A stretch of DNA of 42,744 bases from Anaerolineae bacterium (GCA_034429055.1 DAOUGK010000039.1:1-42744), one strand, 5' to 3'; positions 1 through 9,762 are shown, counted from the stretch's first letter. Numbers and translations are program-made. Notes: generated by a model not told the origin, from the letters alone.

Positions 1-1
1 C

Positions 2-871
2 CTCTATATCCGCACGGAGGTCGAGAACCGCGCCCGCGACCACATGCTCAGCGTCCTGTTCCCCACGGGCCTGCAGGCCACGCACGCCGCTGTGGACGAG
101 GCCTTCGCGGTCATGGAGCGCGATCTGGACCTGCCCGACGCGGCGGGCTGGGTCGAGGACCCGACCTCGTTGATGCACCAACGCGCGTTCACCGATGTGA
201 GCGCAGACGGCCGCGGGCTGATGGTGCTGAACCGCGGCCTGCCCGCGGTCGAGGTCACGCGCGAGGGGGGAGCCGCGCGCATCGCGCTGACGCTGCTGCG
301 GAGCGTCGGCTGGCTGAGCCGCGACGATCTGGCGACGCGACGCGTCGCGGCCGGGCCGCTCGTCCCGACGCCCGGCGCGCAGTGCCTCGGCGCCTATACC
401 TACGAGTATGCCATCGTCCCGCACGCAGGCGACTGGCGGACGGCGTATCCGTGGGCCTACAACTTCATCGCACCACTGCTCCTCGCGCGGGCCGACACGC
501 ACGAAGGGCTGGACCTGCGCGAGATGAACATCACGCGCGACGACCCGGCGCAGGTCAAGACGATCCCGTGGCCGCGCGGGGGGCCGCTGCCCGGCGCGTT
601 CAGCTTCCTCCAAATCGAACCGCAGACGCTCATCCTGAGCGCCGTGCGCCGGACGGAGGACGGACAGGGGCTGGTCGTGCGCTTTTACAATGTGGAACGC
701 GGGCCGGTGACCGCGACCCTGACGCCAGGCGTGCCACTGGCGTCCGCGCAGCGGCTGAACCTCAACGAGGAGCCGGGAGAACCGCTTGACGTTATTGAAG
801 GTCGCCGGGTCGAGCTGGCAGTGCGCGGGGCGGAAGTCGTGACGTGTGAGCTGCGGCCCGCGCACAGTTAG
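2..871 (+). CDS. Glycoside hydrolase family 38 alpha-mannosidase, C-terminal fragment (5' end outside window)
   Basis: The frame is open from the window edge (ctc tat atc cgc ...), so the ATG at 44 is internal. The stop is TAG 869-871. The translation (SFLQIEPQTLILSAVRRTEDGQGLVVRFYNVERGPVTATL ... LNLNEEPGEPLDV ... VELAVRGAEVVTCELRP) has the pattern I associate with the GH38 C-terminal beta-sandwich. Confidence 0.7.
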   Translation, partial: LYIRTEVENRARDHMLSVLFPTGLQATHAAVDEAFAVMERDLDLPDAAGWVEDPTSLMHQRAFTDVSADGRGLMVLNRGLPAVEVTREGGAARIALTLLRSVGWLSRDDLATRRVAAGPLVPTPGAQCLGAYTYEYAIVPHAGDWRTAYPWAYNFIAPLLLARADTHEGLDLREMNITRDDPAQVKTIPWPRGGPLPGAFSFLQIEPQTLILSAVRRTEDGQGLVVRFYNVERGPVTATLTPGVPLASAQRLNLNEEPGEPLDVIEGRRVELAVRGAEVVTCELRPAHS

Positions 872-920
872 CACGTGTCTCGCGACGGGGGCGCAGCCAT
901 CACGCATGCCGCTGTGCTTA

Positions 921-1030
921 CGCCGAATGCGCCTGTGGGCGCGCCCCCAATGAACGAAGGCCGCGCACCGCGGCGGATCAATTCGGTTATTCGCGGGCTG
1001 ATTCGCGTATTCGCGATGGCCGCGCGCCAA
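921..1030. repeat. Diverged intergenic repeat, copy A (tandem TATTCGCG-like octamers); partner at 11945-12060
   Basis: The 24-nt stretch ATTCGCGTATTCGCGATGGCCGCG (1001-1024) is identical to 12034-12057. Flanking blocks are similar (CGAATGCGC..GGCGCGCC; GC.CCGCGGC.GG). Octamer-like units ttATTCGCGgg / gATTCGCG / tATTCGCG sit in tandem. Confidence 0.7.
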
Positions 1031-1061
1031 CCGAGGAAGCACGCTCCGCTCTTGCGCGGCA

Positions 1062-1090
1062 TTGACGCATCTGATCTGCGATGCTATGAT
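1062..1090 (+). promoter_or_regulatory. Sigma70-like promoter for the oxidoreductase/transporter operon
   Basis: TTGACG (1062-1067), an exact 17-nt spacer, then TATGAT (1085-1090). It lies about 35 nt upstream of ATG 1126. Confidence 0.6.
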
Positions 1091-1125
1091 GCGGCATCCT
1101 CACATGCCCCGGGATCGTTGAGCAG

Positions 1126-2166
1126 ATGCGTCATCCAAGCAAAGATGACACCGGAAACAGCAACCGGCTCGGCCTCGCCATCGTCGGCTGCGGCGACGTC
1201 GCGGGCTACACCGCCTGGTTTGCCCGGCTGAACCGCGGCATCCGGCTGATCGCGTGCTGCGACATCTCCGCCGAGCGCGCCGCGCAGTTCGCCCGGCGCT
1301 TCCACATCCCGCAGGCCTGCACCGACTACGCGGAACTGCTCTCAGGAGACGCACGCCCCGACGCGCTCTACCTGGCCGTGCCTCACCACCTGCACCGGCC
1401 GATGGTCGAGGCAGCGATTGCACAGGGCATCCCGGTCCTGGTTGAGAAGCCCCTGGCGCTGACGCCCTTGGAGGGACGGCAGATGGTCGCCGCGGCGGAG
1501 AGTGCAGGGGTCAAGCTGGGCGTCAACTACCAGTACCGGTACGATGCGGGCTGCTATGCCCTGGCCCGCGCGATCCAGGCGGGCACACTCGGGGTGGTCC
1601 GCTATGCGCGCTGCCACCTGCCCTGGCATCGGGACGAGAGCTACTTCGGCGCGTCGGCCTGGCACGCGCGGCTCGCCACCGCGGGCGGCGGCACGCTGAT
1701 CACCCAGGGGAGCCACCTGCTCGACGTCGTGCTGTGGGCGCTCGGCGATCGGCCTGTCCGCGCGATGGGTTGCACGGCTCGCCGGGCCTTCCCGGATGTG
1801 GAGGTCGAGGACCTGGCGCAGGGCATCGTAGAGATGTCCGGCGGCGCGTTCGTCGAGGTGTGCAGCTCCATGGCGGTCCACGCCGAGCAGGCGTTGAGTA
1901 TCGACATCTACGGCGCGCGCGGGTCTGCGCACTACAGCGACCGCCCGTGGCCCCACGTGCGCTTCCGCGGGGTGCGCCCGCCCCCGTTCCGCGTAGTCGG
2001 GGGCCGGCTGCACGCCCTCCAGCGCAGCCTCGAAGGCTTCCGCGCGTGGGTGATGGCGGACCGGCCCTACCTGACGCCTGCGGCCGAGGCCCTGCCCGTC
2101 CTGGCTGCGGTGGACACTATCTACCGGTCGAGCCGCACAGGCTGCCGCGAGGAGATTGACCTTTGA
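1126..2166 (+). CDS. Gfo/Idh/MocA family NAD(P)-dependent oxidoreductase
   Basis: There is an N-terminal Rossmann motif (LGLAIVGCGDVAGYTAW) and the EKP motif (VLVEKPLALT) typical of the family. The C-terminal alpha/beta domain completes the 346-aa protein. Confidence 0.8.
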   Translation: MRHPSKDDTGNSNRLGLAIVGCGDVAGYTAWFARLNRGIRLIACCDISAERAAQFARRFHIPQACTDYAELLSGDARPDALYLAVPHHLHRPMVEAAIAQGIPVLVEKPLALTPLEGRQMVAAAESAGVKLGVNYQYRYDAGCYALARAIQAGTLGVVRYARCHLPWHRDESYFGASAWHARLATAGGGTLITQGSHLLDVVLWALGDRPVRAMGCTARRAFPDVEVEDLAQGIVEMSGGAFVEVCSSMAVHAEQALSIDIYGARGSAHYSDRPWPHVRFRGVRPPPFRVVGGRLHALQRSLEGFRAWVMADRPYLTPAAEALPVLAAVDTIYRSSRTGCREEIDL

Positions 2167-3671
2167 CCGACACCACACCCGACACTGCAACGAACGACCC
2201 GCGCGCCGCGGCGCCTCCTTCCGAGAAGCTGCCGCTCTGGCGCAAGCTCGGCTACGGCCTGGGCGATATCTACGGCGGCGGGTCGCTCGTCGTCGTCAGC
2301 TTCTACTATCTCATCTTCCTGACCGATGTCGTCCGGCTCTCGCCCGCGCTGGCCGGCACGGTCATCCTCATCAGCAAGGTGTACGACGCGATCACGGATC
2401 CGCTGGAGGGGGTGCTGTCCGACCGGACGCGCACGCGGCTCGGCCGGCGACGGCCCTACCTGCTGGGCGGCATCCCGCTCATCTTCCTGTCGTTCTTCGG
2501 CCTGTTCTACCCGGTCAACCTCGACTCGGAGGCGGCGCGCTTTGCGTTCGTCGTCGCGACCTACCTGTTCTTCTCCACGGTGGTCAGCCTGGTCATGCTG
2601 AATTACAATGCGCTGCAGGCCGAAATCACGCTGGACTACAACGAACGGACCTCCCTCAGCTCGGTTCGGATTGCGTTCTCCACGCTCTCGTCCATCCTGG
2701 CCGCGCTCCTGCCGCTCGAAATCGTCAAGGGGTTCGGGGATGTCCGCCAGGGCTATATCGTCATGGGGCTGGTCTTTGGGGTGCTCTTCGCGCTGCCGTT
2801 CATTGCGACCGTCGCATCCGTACGCGAGCGGCGCGAATTCCAGAAGCCGCCCGCCCGGCTCGACCTGGCCGCGACGCTGCTGCGGCCGTTCCGCATCCGC
2901 ACGTTCGTGCACGCGCTGCTGATGTATCTCTTTGCATTCGTGGCGATGGATGCGGTCAGCAGCATCGTCGTCTATTTCATGAAGTACTACCTGAACCGGG
3001 GCGACGAGGCCAACTACGTCGCGGGCACGCTCCTCGTCTTCCAGGTGCTCTCGCTGCCGCTCTATGTCGCGCTCAGCCGCCGCACCAGCAAGCGGCTCGG
3101 CTTCATGGCCGGCGGGCTGCTCTGGATCGCGGTGATGTTCGTCAGCTTCCTCATCACCCCGGCGAGTCCCTGGCTCCTGGTCTACGTCTTCGCCGCGCTC
3201 GTCGGCCTGGGCACGGGCGGCATCGTCGTGATGATCTACGCCATCTTCCCCGACATCCCGGATGTCGATGAGCTCCAGTCCGGCCAGCGCCGCGAGGGCA
3301 GCTTCGGCGCACTCATCTCGCTCTCGCGCAAGCTGAGCTCCGCGCTGGCAATCTTCGCAGTCGCCAACGTCCTGGGCTGGGCAGGCTACATCCGGCCGGT
3401 CGAGCAGGTCGTCAACGGGATGACGCAACTGGTGGACCAGCCGCAGTCGCCGGAGTTCGTGCTGGTGCTCCGCCTCATCTTCGCGTTCCTACCGGTCGTG
3501 CTCGTGGCCTGCGCCGTATTCTTCGCCAGCCGCTACCCGCTGAACGGGACGGCGCACGGCCGGCTGAACGCGCTGCTCGCGCGGCGCCGCCGCGGTGAGC
3601 CTGAGACGTCGGAGACTGCTGTGGAGGCAGCCGCGCTTGAACGGCTGCTGATCGGACAGAGGAAAACATGA
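2163..3671 (+). CDS. Glycoside-pentoside-hexuronide (GPH):cation symporter family MFS transporter (MelB-like)
   Basis: LWRKLGYGLGD ... ISKVYDAITDPLEGVLSDRTRTRLGRRRPY is the classic GPH loop 2-3 signature, and about 12 hydrophobic segments follow. The start is called at TTG 2163, overlapping the upstream TGA (TTGA). No in-frame ATG is nearby, so the exact start is uncertain. Confidence 0.8.
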   Translation: MTDTTPDTATNDPRAAAPPSEKLPLWRKLGYGLGDIYGGGSLVVVSFYYLIFLTDVVRLSPALAGTVILISKVYDAITDPLEGVLSDRTRTRLGRRRPYLLGGIPLIFLSFFGLFYPVNLDSEAARFAFVVATYLFFSTVVSLVMLNYNALQAEITLDYNERTSLSSVRIAFSTLSSILAALLPLEIVKGFGDVRQGYIVMGLVFGVLFALPFIATVASVRERREFQKPPARLDLAATLLRPFRIRTFVHALLMYLFAFVAMDAVSSIVVYFMKYYLNRGDEANYVAGTLLVFQVLSLPLYVALSRRTSKRLGFMAGGLLWIAVMFVSFLITPASPWLLVYVFAALVGLGTGGIVVMIYAIFPDIPDVDELQSGQRREGSFGALISLSRKLSSALAIFAVANVLGWAGYIRPVEQVVNGMTQLVDQPQSPEFVLVLRLIFAFLPVVLVACAVFFASRYPLNGTAHGRLNALLARRRRGEPETSETAVEAAALERLLIGQRKT

Positions 3672-5689
3672 CGGTCCACGCCTCGCCCGGCTACCGCATT
3701 CGCCCGGCAGCTCCGCCGCCGCCCGGCTATCCGGCAGAGGTCAGGCCCGATGACTTCGCAGCAGAGCCGGATGAGATGACCTTCGAACAGCGCCGGACCG
3801 CTTTCCTCGCCCACTGCCTCGCCAATCCGGCCGCAGAGAACACCAAGAGCGTGTGGCACGAGCTGGCCCGGCTCGCAGCCGGGGGAGCCGTCCATGAAGG
3901 CGCGCTTCATGCGACGCTCGACTTCATCGACGCCCGGCACGACTGTGCAGACTTCGCGCTCCACGGCGTCCTGCGTCTGCTGTACCAGTTCGGCGGGCAT
4001 CCGGGGCTGAGTCCCGCGCTGCTCGACCGCTGCCGGCGGACGGTGTTGGACTTCAAATACTGGCCCAATGAACCAGGCGTGGATTCCCTGTGCACCTGGA
4101 CGGAGAACCATCACATCCTGTATGCCAGCGCCGCGTACCTCGCAGGCCAGCTTGCACCGGACGCGATCTTCACCAATTCGGGCCATACCGGGGCGGAGAA
4201 GATGGCCCTGAACCGGCCGCGCATCCTCCGCTGGCTGGACCTGCGCTTCCGCACCGGTTTCTCCGAGTGGCTCTCGAATGTCTATTACGATGAGGACCTC
4301 GCAGCTCTGCTCTCCCTGGTCGACTTCTGCCGCGATGCGGAAATCGCGGCGCGCGCGGCGATGGTGCTCGACCTCCTGCTGCTGGACCTCGCGCTCAACA
4401 GCTATCGCGGCGTGTTCGGCAGCAGCCATGGCCGCTCCTACGAGAACAGCAAGAAATGGGCCGGCAACGAAGGCACGACCGACACGGCGAAGCTGCTCTT
4501 CGGCATGGGCCAGTACTCCGGCTTCGACAACATGAGCGCGGTGGCCTTCGCGTTGAGCCCGGCGTACCGCGTGCCGCCGGGCATCGCCGCCATCGCACGC
4601 GACACCACCCGGCCCGTCATGGAGAACCGGCAGCGGATGGGCATCCGGCTGGCCGAGGCGGAACGCTGGGGCCTCGGGTTCGACAGTTTCGAGGATGGGA
4701 TGGTCTACCTGACGCTGGAGGCCTATCTCCATCCCCGGACGGTCAACCTGGTCATGCGGATGTTCGATGCGTTCCGCTGGTGGGACAACGCCTTCTTCGC
4801 GCCTTTCAAGCCGTACCGTAAGCTGCTCGCGCTGCTCCGCCGGACGCACACGCTGCCGCTGCTGGCGCGGCTCTTCGAATGGGACCTGTGTCGCAACACG
4901 CGCGAGGAAGTCAACATCCAGACCTATCGCACCCCCGACGTTATGTTGAGCTGCGCACAGGACTACCGGCCAGGCTATGGCGGCGACCAGCAGAGTATCT
5001 GGCAGGCGACGCTCGGCCCCGACGCGGTCTGCTTCACTACCCACCCCGCCAGGCTCATCGGCCCTTCGCCCAACTACTGGACCGGGTCGGGCGTGCTCCC
5101 GCGGGCGGCCCAGTGCGGCCGCGTGGTGATTGCCATCTACCGCAGCCACCGGAAACCGGCGCTCTACGTGCGCGGCCGGCTCGCCTTCACCCACGCGTGG
5201 CTGCCGCGCGACCGGTTCGACACCGTGGTCGAGCGCGGCGGGTGGGTGTTTGCCGTAAAGGGCGACGGCTATCTCGCACTGTACTCGCAGCGGCCCTGCC
5301 GCTGGCAGGACGAACCGGGAGAGGACCAGGGCCGCGAGCTCATCGCAGAGGGCGCGTCGAACATCTGGATCTGCGAGGTCGGGCGGCGGGCCGACGACGG
5401 CGGCGCAGACGATGGGGAATTCGAAGGGTTTGTCGATCGCATCTGCCAGGCCACCGTGCAGACAAGCGGGCTGAACCTGACGTATGATTCGCCTTCCGAG
5501 GGCCGGCTGGAATTCGGCTGGCACGGCCCCCTGCGCCGCAACGGCCAGATCGTGCCGCTGCACGACTATCCCCGCTACGAGAACCCCTACGTCACCGCTG
5601 ACTTCCCTGCAGAACGCATCACCGTCCGTGCGGTCGGGCATGTGCTCACCCTGGATTGGCTGACGGCAACGCGCACATACGAGCAGTAA
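3668..5689 (+). CDS. Hypothetical cytoplasmic protein, helical N-half plus beta-rich C-half; possibly polysaccharide lyase/glycoside hydrolase-like
   Basis: This is a 673-aa ORF whose ATG overlaps the upstream stop (ATGA at 3668-3671), with AGAGGA upstream and no signal peptide. I cannot assign its motifs (ARHDCADFALHGVLRLLYQF, CTWTENHHILYASAAYLAGQ). Its context is a sugar-utilisation operon. The CDS call is solid but the function is a guess. Confidence 0.5.
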   Translation: MTVHASPGYRIRPAAPPPPGYPAEVRPDDFAAEPDEMTFEQRRTAFLAHCLANPAAENTKSVWHELARLAAGGAVHEGALHATLDFIDARHDCADFALHGVLRLLYQFGGHPGLSPALLDRCRRTVLDFKYWPNEPGVDSLCTWTENHHILYASAAYLAGQLAPDAIFTNSGHTGAEKMALNRPRILRWLDLRFRTGFSEWLSNVYYDEDLAALLSLVDFCRDAEIAARAAMVLDLLLLDLALNSYRGVFGSSHGRSYENSKKWAGNEGTTDTAKLLFGMGQYSGFDNMSAVAFALSPAYRVPPGIAAIARDTTRPVMENRQRMGIRLAEAERWGLGFDSFEDGMVYLTLEAYLHPRTVNLVMRMFDAFRWWDNAFFAPFKPYRKLLALLRRTHTLPLLARLFEWDLCRNTREEVNIQTYRTPDVMLSCAQDYRPGYGGDQQSIWQATLGPDAVCFTTHPARLIGPSPNYWTGSGVLPRAAQCGRVVIAIYRSHRKPALYVRGRLAFTHAWLPRDRFDTVVERGGWVFAVKGDGYLALYSQRPCRWQDEPGEDQGRELIAEGASNIWICEVGRRADDGGADDGEFEGFVDRICQATVQTSGLNLTYDSPSEGRLEFGWHGPLRRNGQIVPLHDYPRYENPYVTADFPAERITVRAVGHVLTLDWLTATRTYEQ

Positions 5690-5691
5690 TG

Positions 5692-5700
5692 TGATATAAT
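5692..5700 (+). promoter_or_regulatory. Extended -10 promoter element (TGaTATAAT) upstream of the sensor kinase
   Basis: TGATATAAT at 5692-5700 sits in the AT-richer 51-nt gap. GAGGAGGG (5727-5734) follows, then ATG 5741. Confidence 0.5.
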
Positions 5701-5740
5701 CAGCACAGATGATTTCCTCAGCGCACGAGGAGGGCGGGAT

Positions 5741-7462
5741 ATGCTGGGCACTTACGCGTATACACCCTATATGTGGCCGATGCTTATCTCCGCGCTCGTC
5801 TGCGGTGCGCTCGCCTTCTATGCCTGGCAGCACCGGCGCATCCCAGGTGCGGCTGCATTCGCCGTTCAGCAGCTCTTTGTGGCGCTCTGGGCGTTCTTCA
5901 CGGCTATCGAAATGGCCGGAGCGACGCCGGAGACCCGCATTCTCCACCACAAGACCGAAGCCGTTGCCGCGCTGTCGGCCATCAGCGCGGGATTCTACTT
6001 CGCCCTCGAATATGCCAGTTCTGGCAAATGGGCCACCCGCCGCACCGCATGGCTGCTCGCGCTCAATGTCCTGCTGATATCTGCGCTCATCGCGACAAAC
6101 GATCTGCATCATCTCGTCTGGACTCGCATGTGGGTCGACGGCGTAGTCCAGATCGAGCGCGGCGTGCTCAACGCGATCTTGCTCTTGCCGATCTTCATGC
6201 TGCCGATCCTAGGATCCTTCCTGTTTGCGCGACAGCTCGTGCGTTCAGCCGGCATCTATCGCCGCCAGGCCCTGCTGTTATTCATCGGCGCGACTTTTCC
6301 GATTCTCGCCCTCCTGCTGGAAATGGCTAATGTCGACCTGCTCCCACCCCTGGACCCGGTCATTATTGTGTGGAGCTTAAGCGGCCTGCTGTTCGCGCTT
6401 GCCATTTTCCGTTTCAGGTTGCTGGAGGCCCTTCCCATAGGTCGCGACATGGCAATCGAGCGGCTGCCAAGCGGTATCCTGGTGCTGGATGCAGAAGACC
6501 GCATCGTGGACCTGAATCCTGCGGCCGGGAAGGTATTGGGGCTCGAACGCGGGGCAGTCGCCGGCCGTCTGGCCCAAGAGGCTCTGGCACGGTATCCTGA
6601 ACTGATAGGTCCCCTCAGCAAGAAGGTGGCCACCAGCGCCGAGGTGATATTCGAGCGGACCGGCGGGCCGCAATACTACCGGGGAGAGCATTATCCCCTG
6701 ACGCATCCACGTGGGACGCCCCTGGGATGGCTCATCTTGCTCCAGGATGTGACGGAGCAGCGCCGTGCCCAGGCCGACCTGCTGGAACAGCAGGCTGCCG
6801 TGGCGGCACTGCGCGAACGGGAGGAATTGGCGCGGGAATTGCACGACGGATTGGGCCAGGTGCTCGCCTACGTCAAGCTCCAGACAGAGGCTGCACGGGC
6901 GCTGTTGGCGCAGAACCGGCCGGATAAGGCAGACGCCTGCCTGGACCAACTGGCCGTAGCGGCACAGGCTGCTCACGCGGATGTGCGCGATTACATTCGG
7001 GCGGCCACGAGCGAAACTACGCCCGTCAAGCAAGGCTTCCGCGCCGCACTCGAACAGGTCCTGCACCGCTTCAGCCAGAGTCATCGACTTCAGGTCGAGC
7101 TGGATCTGCCGGCGGATCTGCCCGACGAACGCTTCGAACCTGAAGTAATCTCGCAGGTGCTGCGTATCGTCCAGGAGGCGGTGACGAACGCGCATAAACA
7201 CGCTTGCGCCAGCCGCGTTTGCGTACAGGTCGCCGCTCGTGATGGCACGGCAATAGTCACGATTATGGATGACGGCGTGGGCTTTGATCCCCAGCAGATC
7301 GAGAGCGGGGGGTTCGGGCTGAGGTTTATGACGGAACGCGCACAGGCAGTGGGAGGCCGGATACAGGTGCAGTCAGCGTACGGCCAGGGCACGACAATTC
7401 GCGTACAGGTCCCGCTCCGCAAGCAAGATCGCGGCACGAAAAAACTAAGTATCTATCCGTAA
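5741..7462 (+). CDS. Sensor histidine kinase: N-terminal 7TM domain, PAS, HisKA_3, HATPase_c (NarL-partner class)
   Basis: About seven N-terminal hydrophobic helices come first. A PAS-like segment (LPSGILVLDAEDRIVDLNPAAGKVLG) follows, then the H-box ELHDGLGQVLAYVKL (HisKA_3 type). The ATPase motifs are VQEAVTNAHKHA, DDGVGFD and GGFGLRFMTERA. Confidence 0.85.
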   Translation: MLGTYAYTPYMWPMLISALVCGALAFYAWQHRRIPGAAAFAVQQLFVALWAFFTAIEMAGATPETRILHHKTEAVAALSAISAGFYFALEYASSGKWATRRTAWLLALNVLLISALIATNDLHHLVWTRMWVDGVVQIERGVLNAILLLPIFMLPILGSFLFARQLVRSAGIYRRQALLLFIGATFPILALLLEMANVDLLPPLDPVIIVWSLSGLLFALAIFRFRLLEALPIGRDMAIERLPSGILVLDAEDRIVDLNPAAGKVLGLERGAVAGRLAQEALARYPELIGPLSKKVATSAEVIFERTGGPQYYRGEHYPLTHPRGTPLGWLILLQDVTEQRRAQADLLEQQAAVAALREREELARELHDGLGQVLAYVKLQTEAARALLAQNRPDKADACLDQLAVAAQAAHADVRDYIRAATSETTPVKQGFRAALEQVLHRFSQSHRLQVELDLPADLPDERFEPEVISQVLRIVQEAVTNAHKHACASRVCVQVAARDGTAIVTIMDDGVGFDPQQIESGGFGLRFMTERAQAVGGRIQVQSAYGQGTTIRVQVPLRKQDRGTKKLSIYP

Positions 7463-7471
7463 ACTCGATCT

Positions 7472-7514
7472 GGCCGGTCTCCGACCGAGCCAGGGGCACG
7501 GTCAGAGACCGGCC
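7472..7514. terminator. Bidirectional stem-loop between convergent genes
   Basis: GGCCGGTCTCCGACCG (7472-7487) pairs with CGGTCAGAGACCGGCC (7499-7514): a 16-bp stem with one mismatch and an 11-nt loop. It lies 10 nt after the kinase stop and 23 nt after the ATPase stop. There is no clear U-tract. Confidence 0.5.
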
Positions 7515-7536
7515 CCCAGCAATTCTCGGATAGACA

Positions 7537-9762
7537 CTAACCCCTGTCGTCCACTCCAAGCTTTAGCCGGCGCAATAGTTGTGCATTGAGCGCGACGATG
7601 ACCGTGCTCAATGACATCAGGACTGCGCCCACCGCAGGCGACAGAATGATGCCCACCGGCGCGAGCACACCTGCAGCCAGCGGCAACGCGACGACGTTGT
7701 AGCCCGTCGCCCACACCAGGTTTTGGACCATCTTGCGGTAGCTGGCCCGGCTGAGCTCGATGACCTTGACAGCATCCAGCGGGTTGCTCTTGACCAGGAT
7801 GATGCCGGCCGACTGCACGGCCACGTCTGTGCCGCTGCCGATCGCGATGCCTACGTCCGCGCGCGTGAGCGCGGGCGCATCGTTCACGCCATCACCCACC
7901 ATCGCGACTTTGCGGCCCTGGCGCTGCAGCGCCAGCACTTGCTGGTCCTTTTGCTCGGGCAGGACCTCGGCAAAGAACTCATCGATCCCCAGTTCTTCTG
8001 CCACCGAACGAGCGACAGCCTCGGCATCACCCGTCAGCATCGCGACGCGTACACCCATCTCGTGCAACCGCTGCACCGCGGCCCGGCTTTCTGGCCGGAT
8101 CACATCCGCCAGCGCCAGCGCAGCCACGACCTGCCGGCCGGCATCCGGCGCTTCCGCCACCAGGTAGACTGTCGTTCGGCCGCGGGCGCTCGCCGCGGCC
8201 TCAGACGACGCAATCTCAGACGGCACAACGAGTTCCAGCGACTCCAGGAGGCGCGGTCCGCCGATGTAGACCTCGCCGCCCTCTGCCCTGGCCCGGACGC
8301 CCCGTCCCTTGAGCGCCTCGAAGTCAGTCACCGGAGGCAGCGTCAGGCTGCGTTCCTCGGCCGCACGGCGGATGCCGCGCGCGAGGGTATGCTCGGAATC
8401 GCCCTCAACCGCGGCTGCCAGCGCGAGCGCGCGTGCCTCGGTCCAGCCGGGCGCGACGCTAGTGCCGTCAGCGACGGCAACCCCGACCACCCCGAACTTC
8501 CCCTCGGTCAGTGTGCCGGTCTTATCGAAGATGATCGTGTCAACCAGGCGGGCGCGTTCCAGCGCCAGGCGATCGCGTACCAGGATGCCATTGGCCGCGC
8601 CCTGGGCCGTCGTGATGGCGACGACCAGTGGAATCGCCAGCCCCAGCGCGTGCGGACAGGCGATGACCAGCACCGTGGCGACGCGGGCAATCACGCCCAC
8701 ATTGAAACCCGTTGCAAGGGTCCACCCGATGGCGGTCAGGAGCGCGACGCCGAGCGCAATATAGAAGAGCCATGCTGCCGCTCTGTCCGCCAGCACCTGG
8801 GTGCGCGACTTGCTGGTCTGTGCTTCGCGAACCAGGCGCATGATGCCGGCCAGCGCGGTCTGCTCGCCTGTTGCGGTGACTCGCACACGCAGGCTGCCAG
8901 CGCCGTTGATCGTGCCGGCGATGACCCGCGCGCCCGGCGCCTTCTTCACCGGCCGCGACTCGCCCGTAATCATGGCCTCGTCGACATCGGACTCGCCGCG
9001 TTCCACCTCACCATCCGCGGGCACGCTTGCGCCGGGACGAACCAGCAACAGGTCGCCGCTCCGCAACTGGCTGATGGGCACTTCCTCGGTCGTGCCGTCT
9101 GGCCGTTCGCGCTCGGCCGTGTCGGGCATGAGCCGGGCAAGGGCATCGAGCGCGCCCGACGCCTGGCGCACGCTGCGCATCTCCAGCCAATGTCCGAGCA
9201 ACATGATGTCGATGAGCGTCACGAGCTCCCAGAAAAAGGTCTCGCCCTGGAGCAGGAACTGAGCGGCGAGGCTGTAGACGAATGCGACCGTAATCGCCAG
9301 CGAGATGAGCATCATCATGCCCGGCTGGCGGTTGCGCAGTTCGGGCACGGCCATCTGCAGGAAGGGCAGACCGCCATAAGCGAAGATGATGATGGACAAA
9401 ATCGGGACAAGCCATGCGCTGCCGGGAAAGCTGGGCATGGAGAAGCCCAACCAATGTTGAATCATGGGGCTGTAGAGCAGAACCGGGATCGACAGGATGA
9501 GCGAGACCCAGAACCTTTGGCGGAACATCTGCTCGTGGCCGGTATGGTCCACGTGCGCGGCGCTGTGCCCCTCATGTGCCTGCGTCGAGGCATGGCTTAC
9601 CTGCGCGGCTGCGTCATGCGTGGCAGCCATCGGCATATCGCGCGTACCGTGCCCGTCGTGTGCGCCCTGCGACTCCGGTGGCTCAGGCTGGATTGGCTCA
9701 GCGTCATGCGCCATTGCGTCGTGCCCGTGATGCAAGCCAGGTTGCGTCTCACTTCCCTTCAA
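7537..9762 (-). CDS. Heavy-metal (copper) translocating P1B-type ATPase, CopB-like (CPH motif, His-rich N-terminus)
   Basis: Motifs present are [27 protein letters not shown] and TGES. The His-rich N-terminus reads [10 protein letters not shown] ... GAHDGHG ... [15 protein letters not shown]. The start is called at TTG 9762 because GGGAGGTGA lies just upstream on the minus strand. An in-frame ATG 16 codons downstream is the alternative. Confidence 0.85.
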   Translation of the reverse strand: MKGSETQPGLHHGHDAMAHDAEPIQPEPPESQGAHDGHGTRDMPMAATHDAAAQVSHASTQAHEGHSAAHVDHTGHEQMFRQRFWVSLILSIPVLLYSPMIQHWLGFSMPSFPGSAWLVPILSIIIFAYGGLPFLQMAVPELRNRQPGMMMLISLAITVAFVYSLAAQFLLQGETFFWELVTLIDIMLLGHWLEMRSVRQASGALDALARLMPDTAERERPDGTTEEVPISQLRSGDLLLVRPGASVPADGEVERGESDVDEAMITGESRPVKKAPGARVIAGTINGAGSLRVRVTATGEQTALAGIMRLVREAQTSKSRTQVLADRAAAWLFYIALGVALLTAIGWTLATGFNVGVIARVATVLVIACPHALGLAIPLVVAITTAQGAANGILVRDRLALERARLVDTIIFDKTGTLTEGKFGVVGVAVADGTSVAPGWTEARALALAAAVEGDSEHTLARGIRRAAEERSLTLPPVTDFEALKGRGVRARAEGGEVYIGGPRLLESLELVVPSEIASSEAAASARGRTTVYLVAEAPDAGRQVVAALALADVIRPESRAAVQRLHEMGVRVAMLTGDAEAVARSVAEELGIDEFFAEVLPEQKDQQVLALQRQGRKVAMVGDGVNDAPALTRADVGIAIGSGTDVAVQSAGIILVKSNPLDAVKVIELSRASYRKMVQNLVWATGYNVVALPLAAGVLAPVGIILSPAVGAVLMSLSTVIVALNAQLLRRLKLGVDDRG

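Noticed and set aside
875-1231. ORFs crossing the intergenic repeats (875-1231, 11907-12134, 11911-12102) that share the peptide IRVFAMAA
   Set aside because: The shared peptide is simply the translated 24-nt DNA repeat. The ORFs have no SD and run through predicted promoters, and similarity outside the repeat is at the DNA level, not in a consistent frame.
3533-6112. 859-aa ORF on the minus strand overlapping the 673-aa gene and the kinase gene
   Set aside because: It is antisense to two well-supported genes, and its Arg/Ala/Gly/Pro-rich translation has no recognisable motifs. This is a typical shadow ORF of high-GC DNA.
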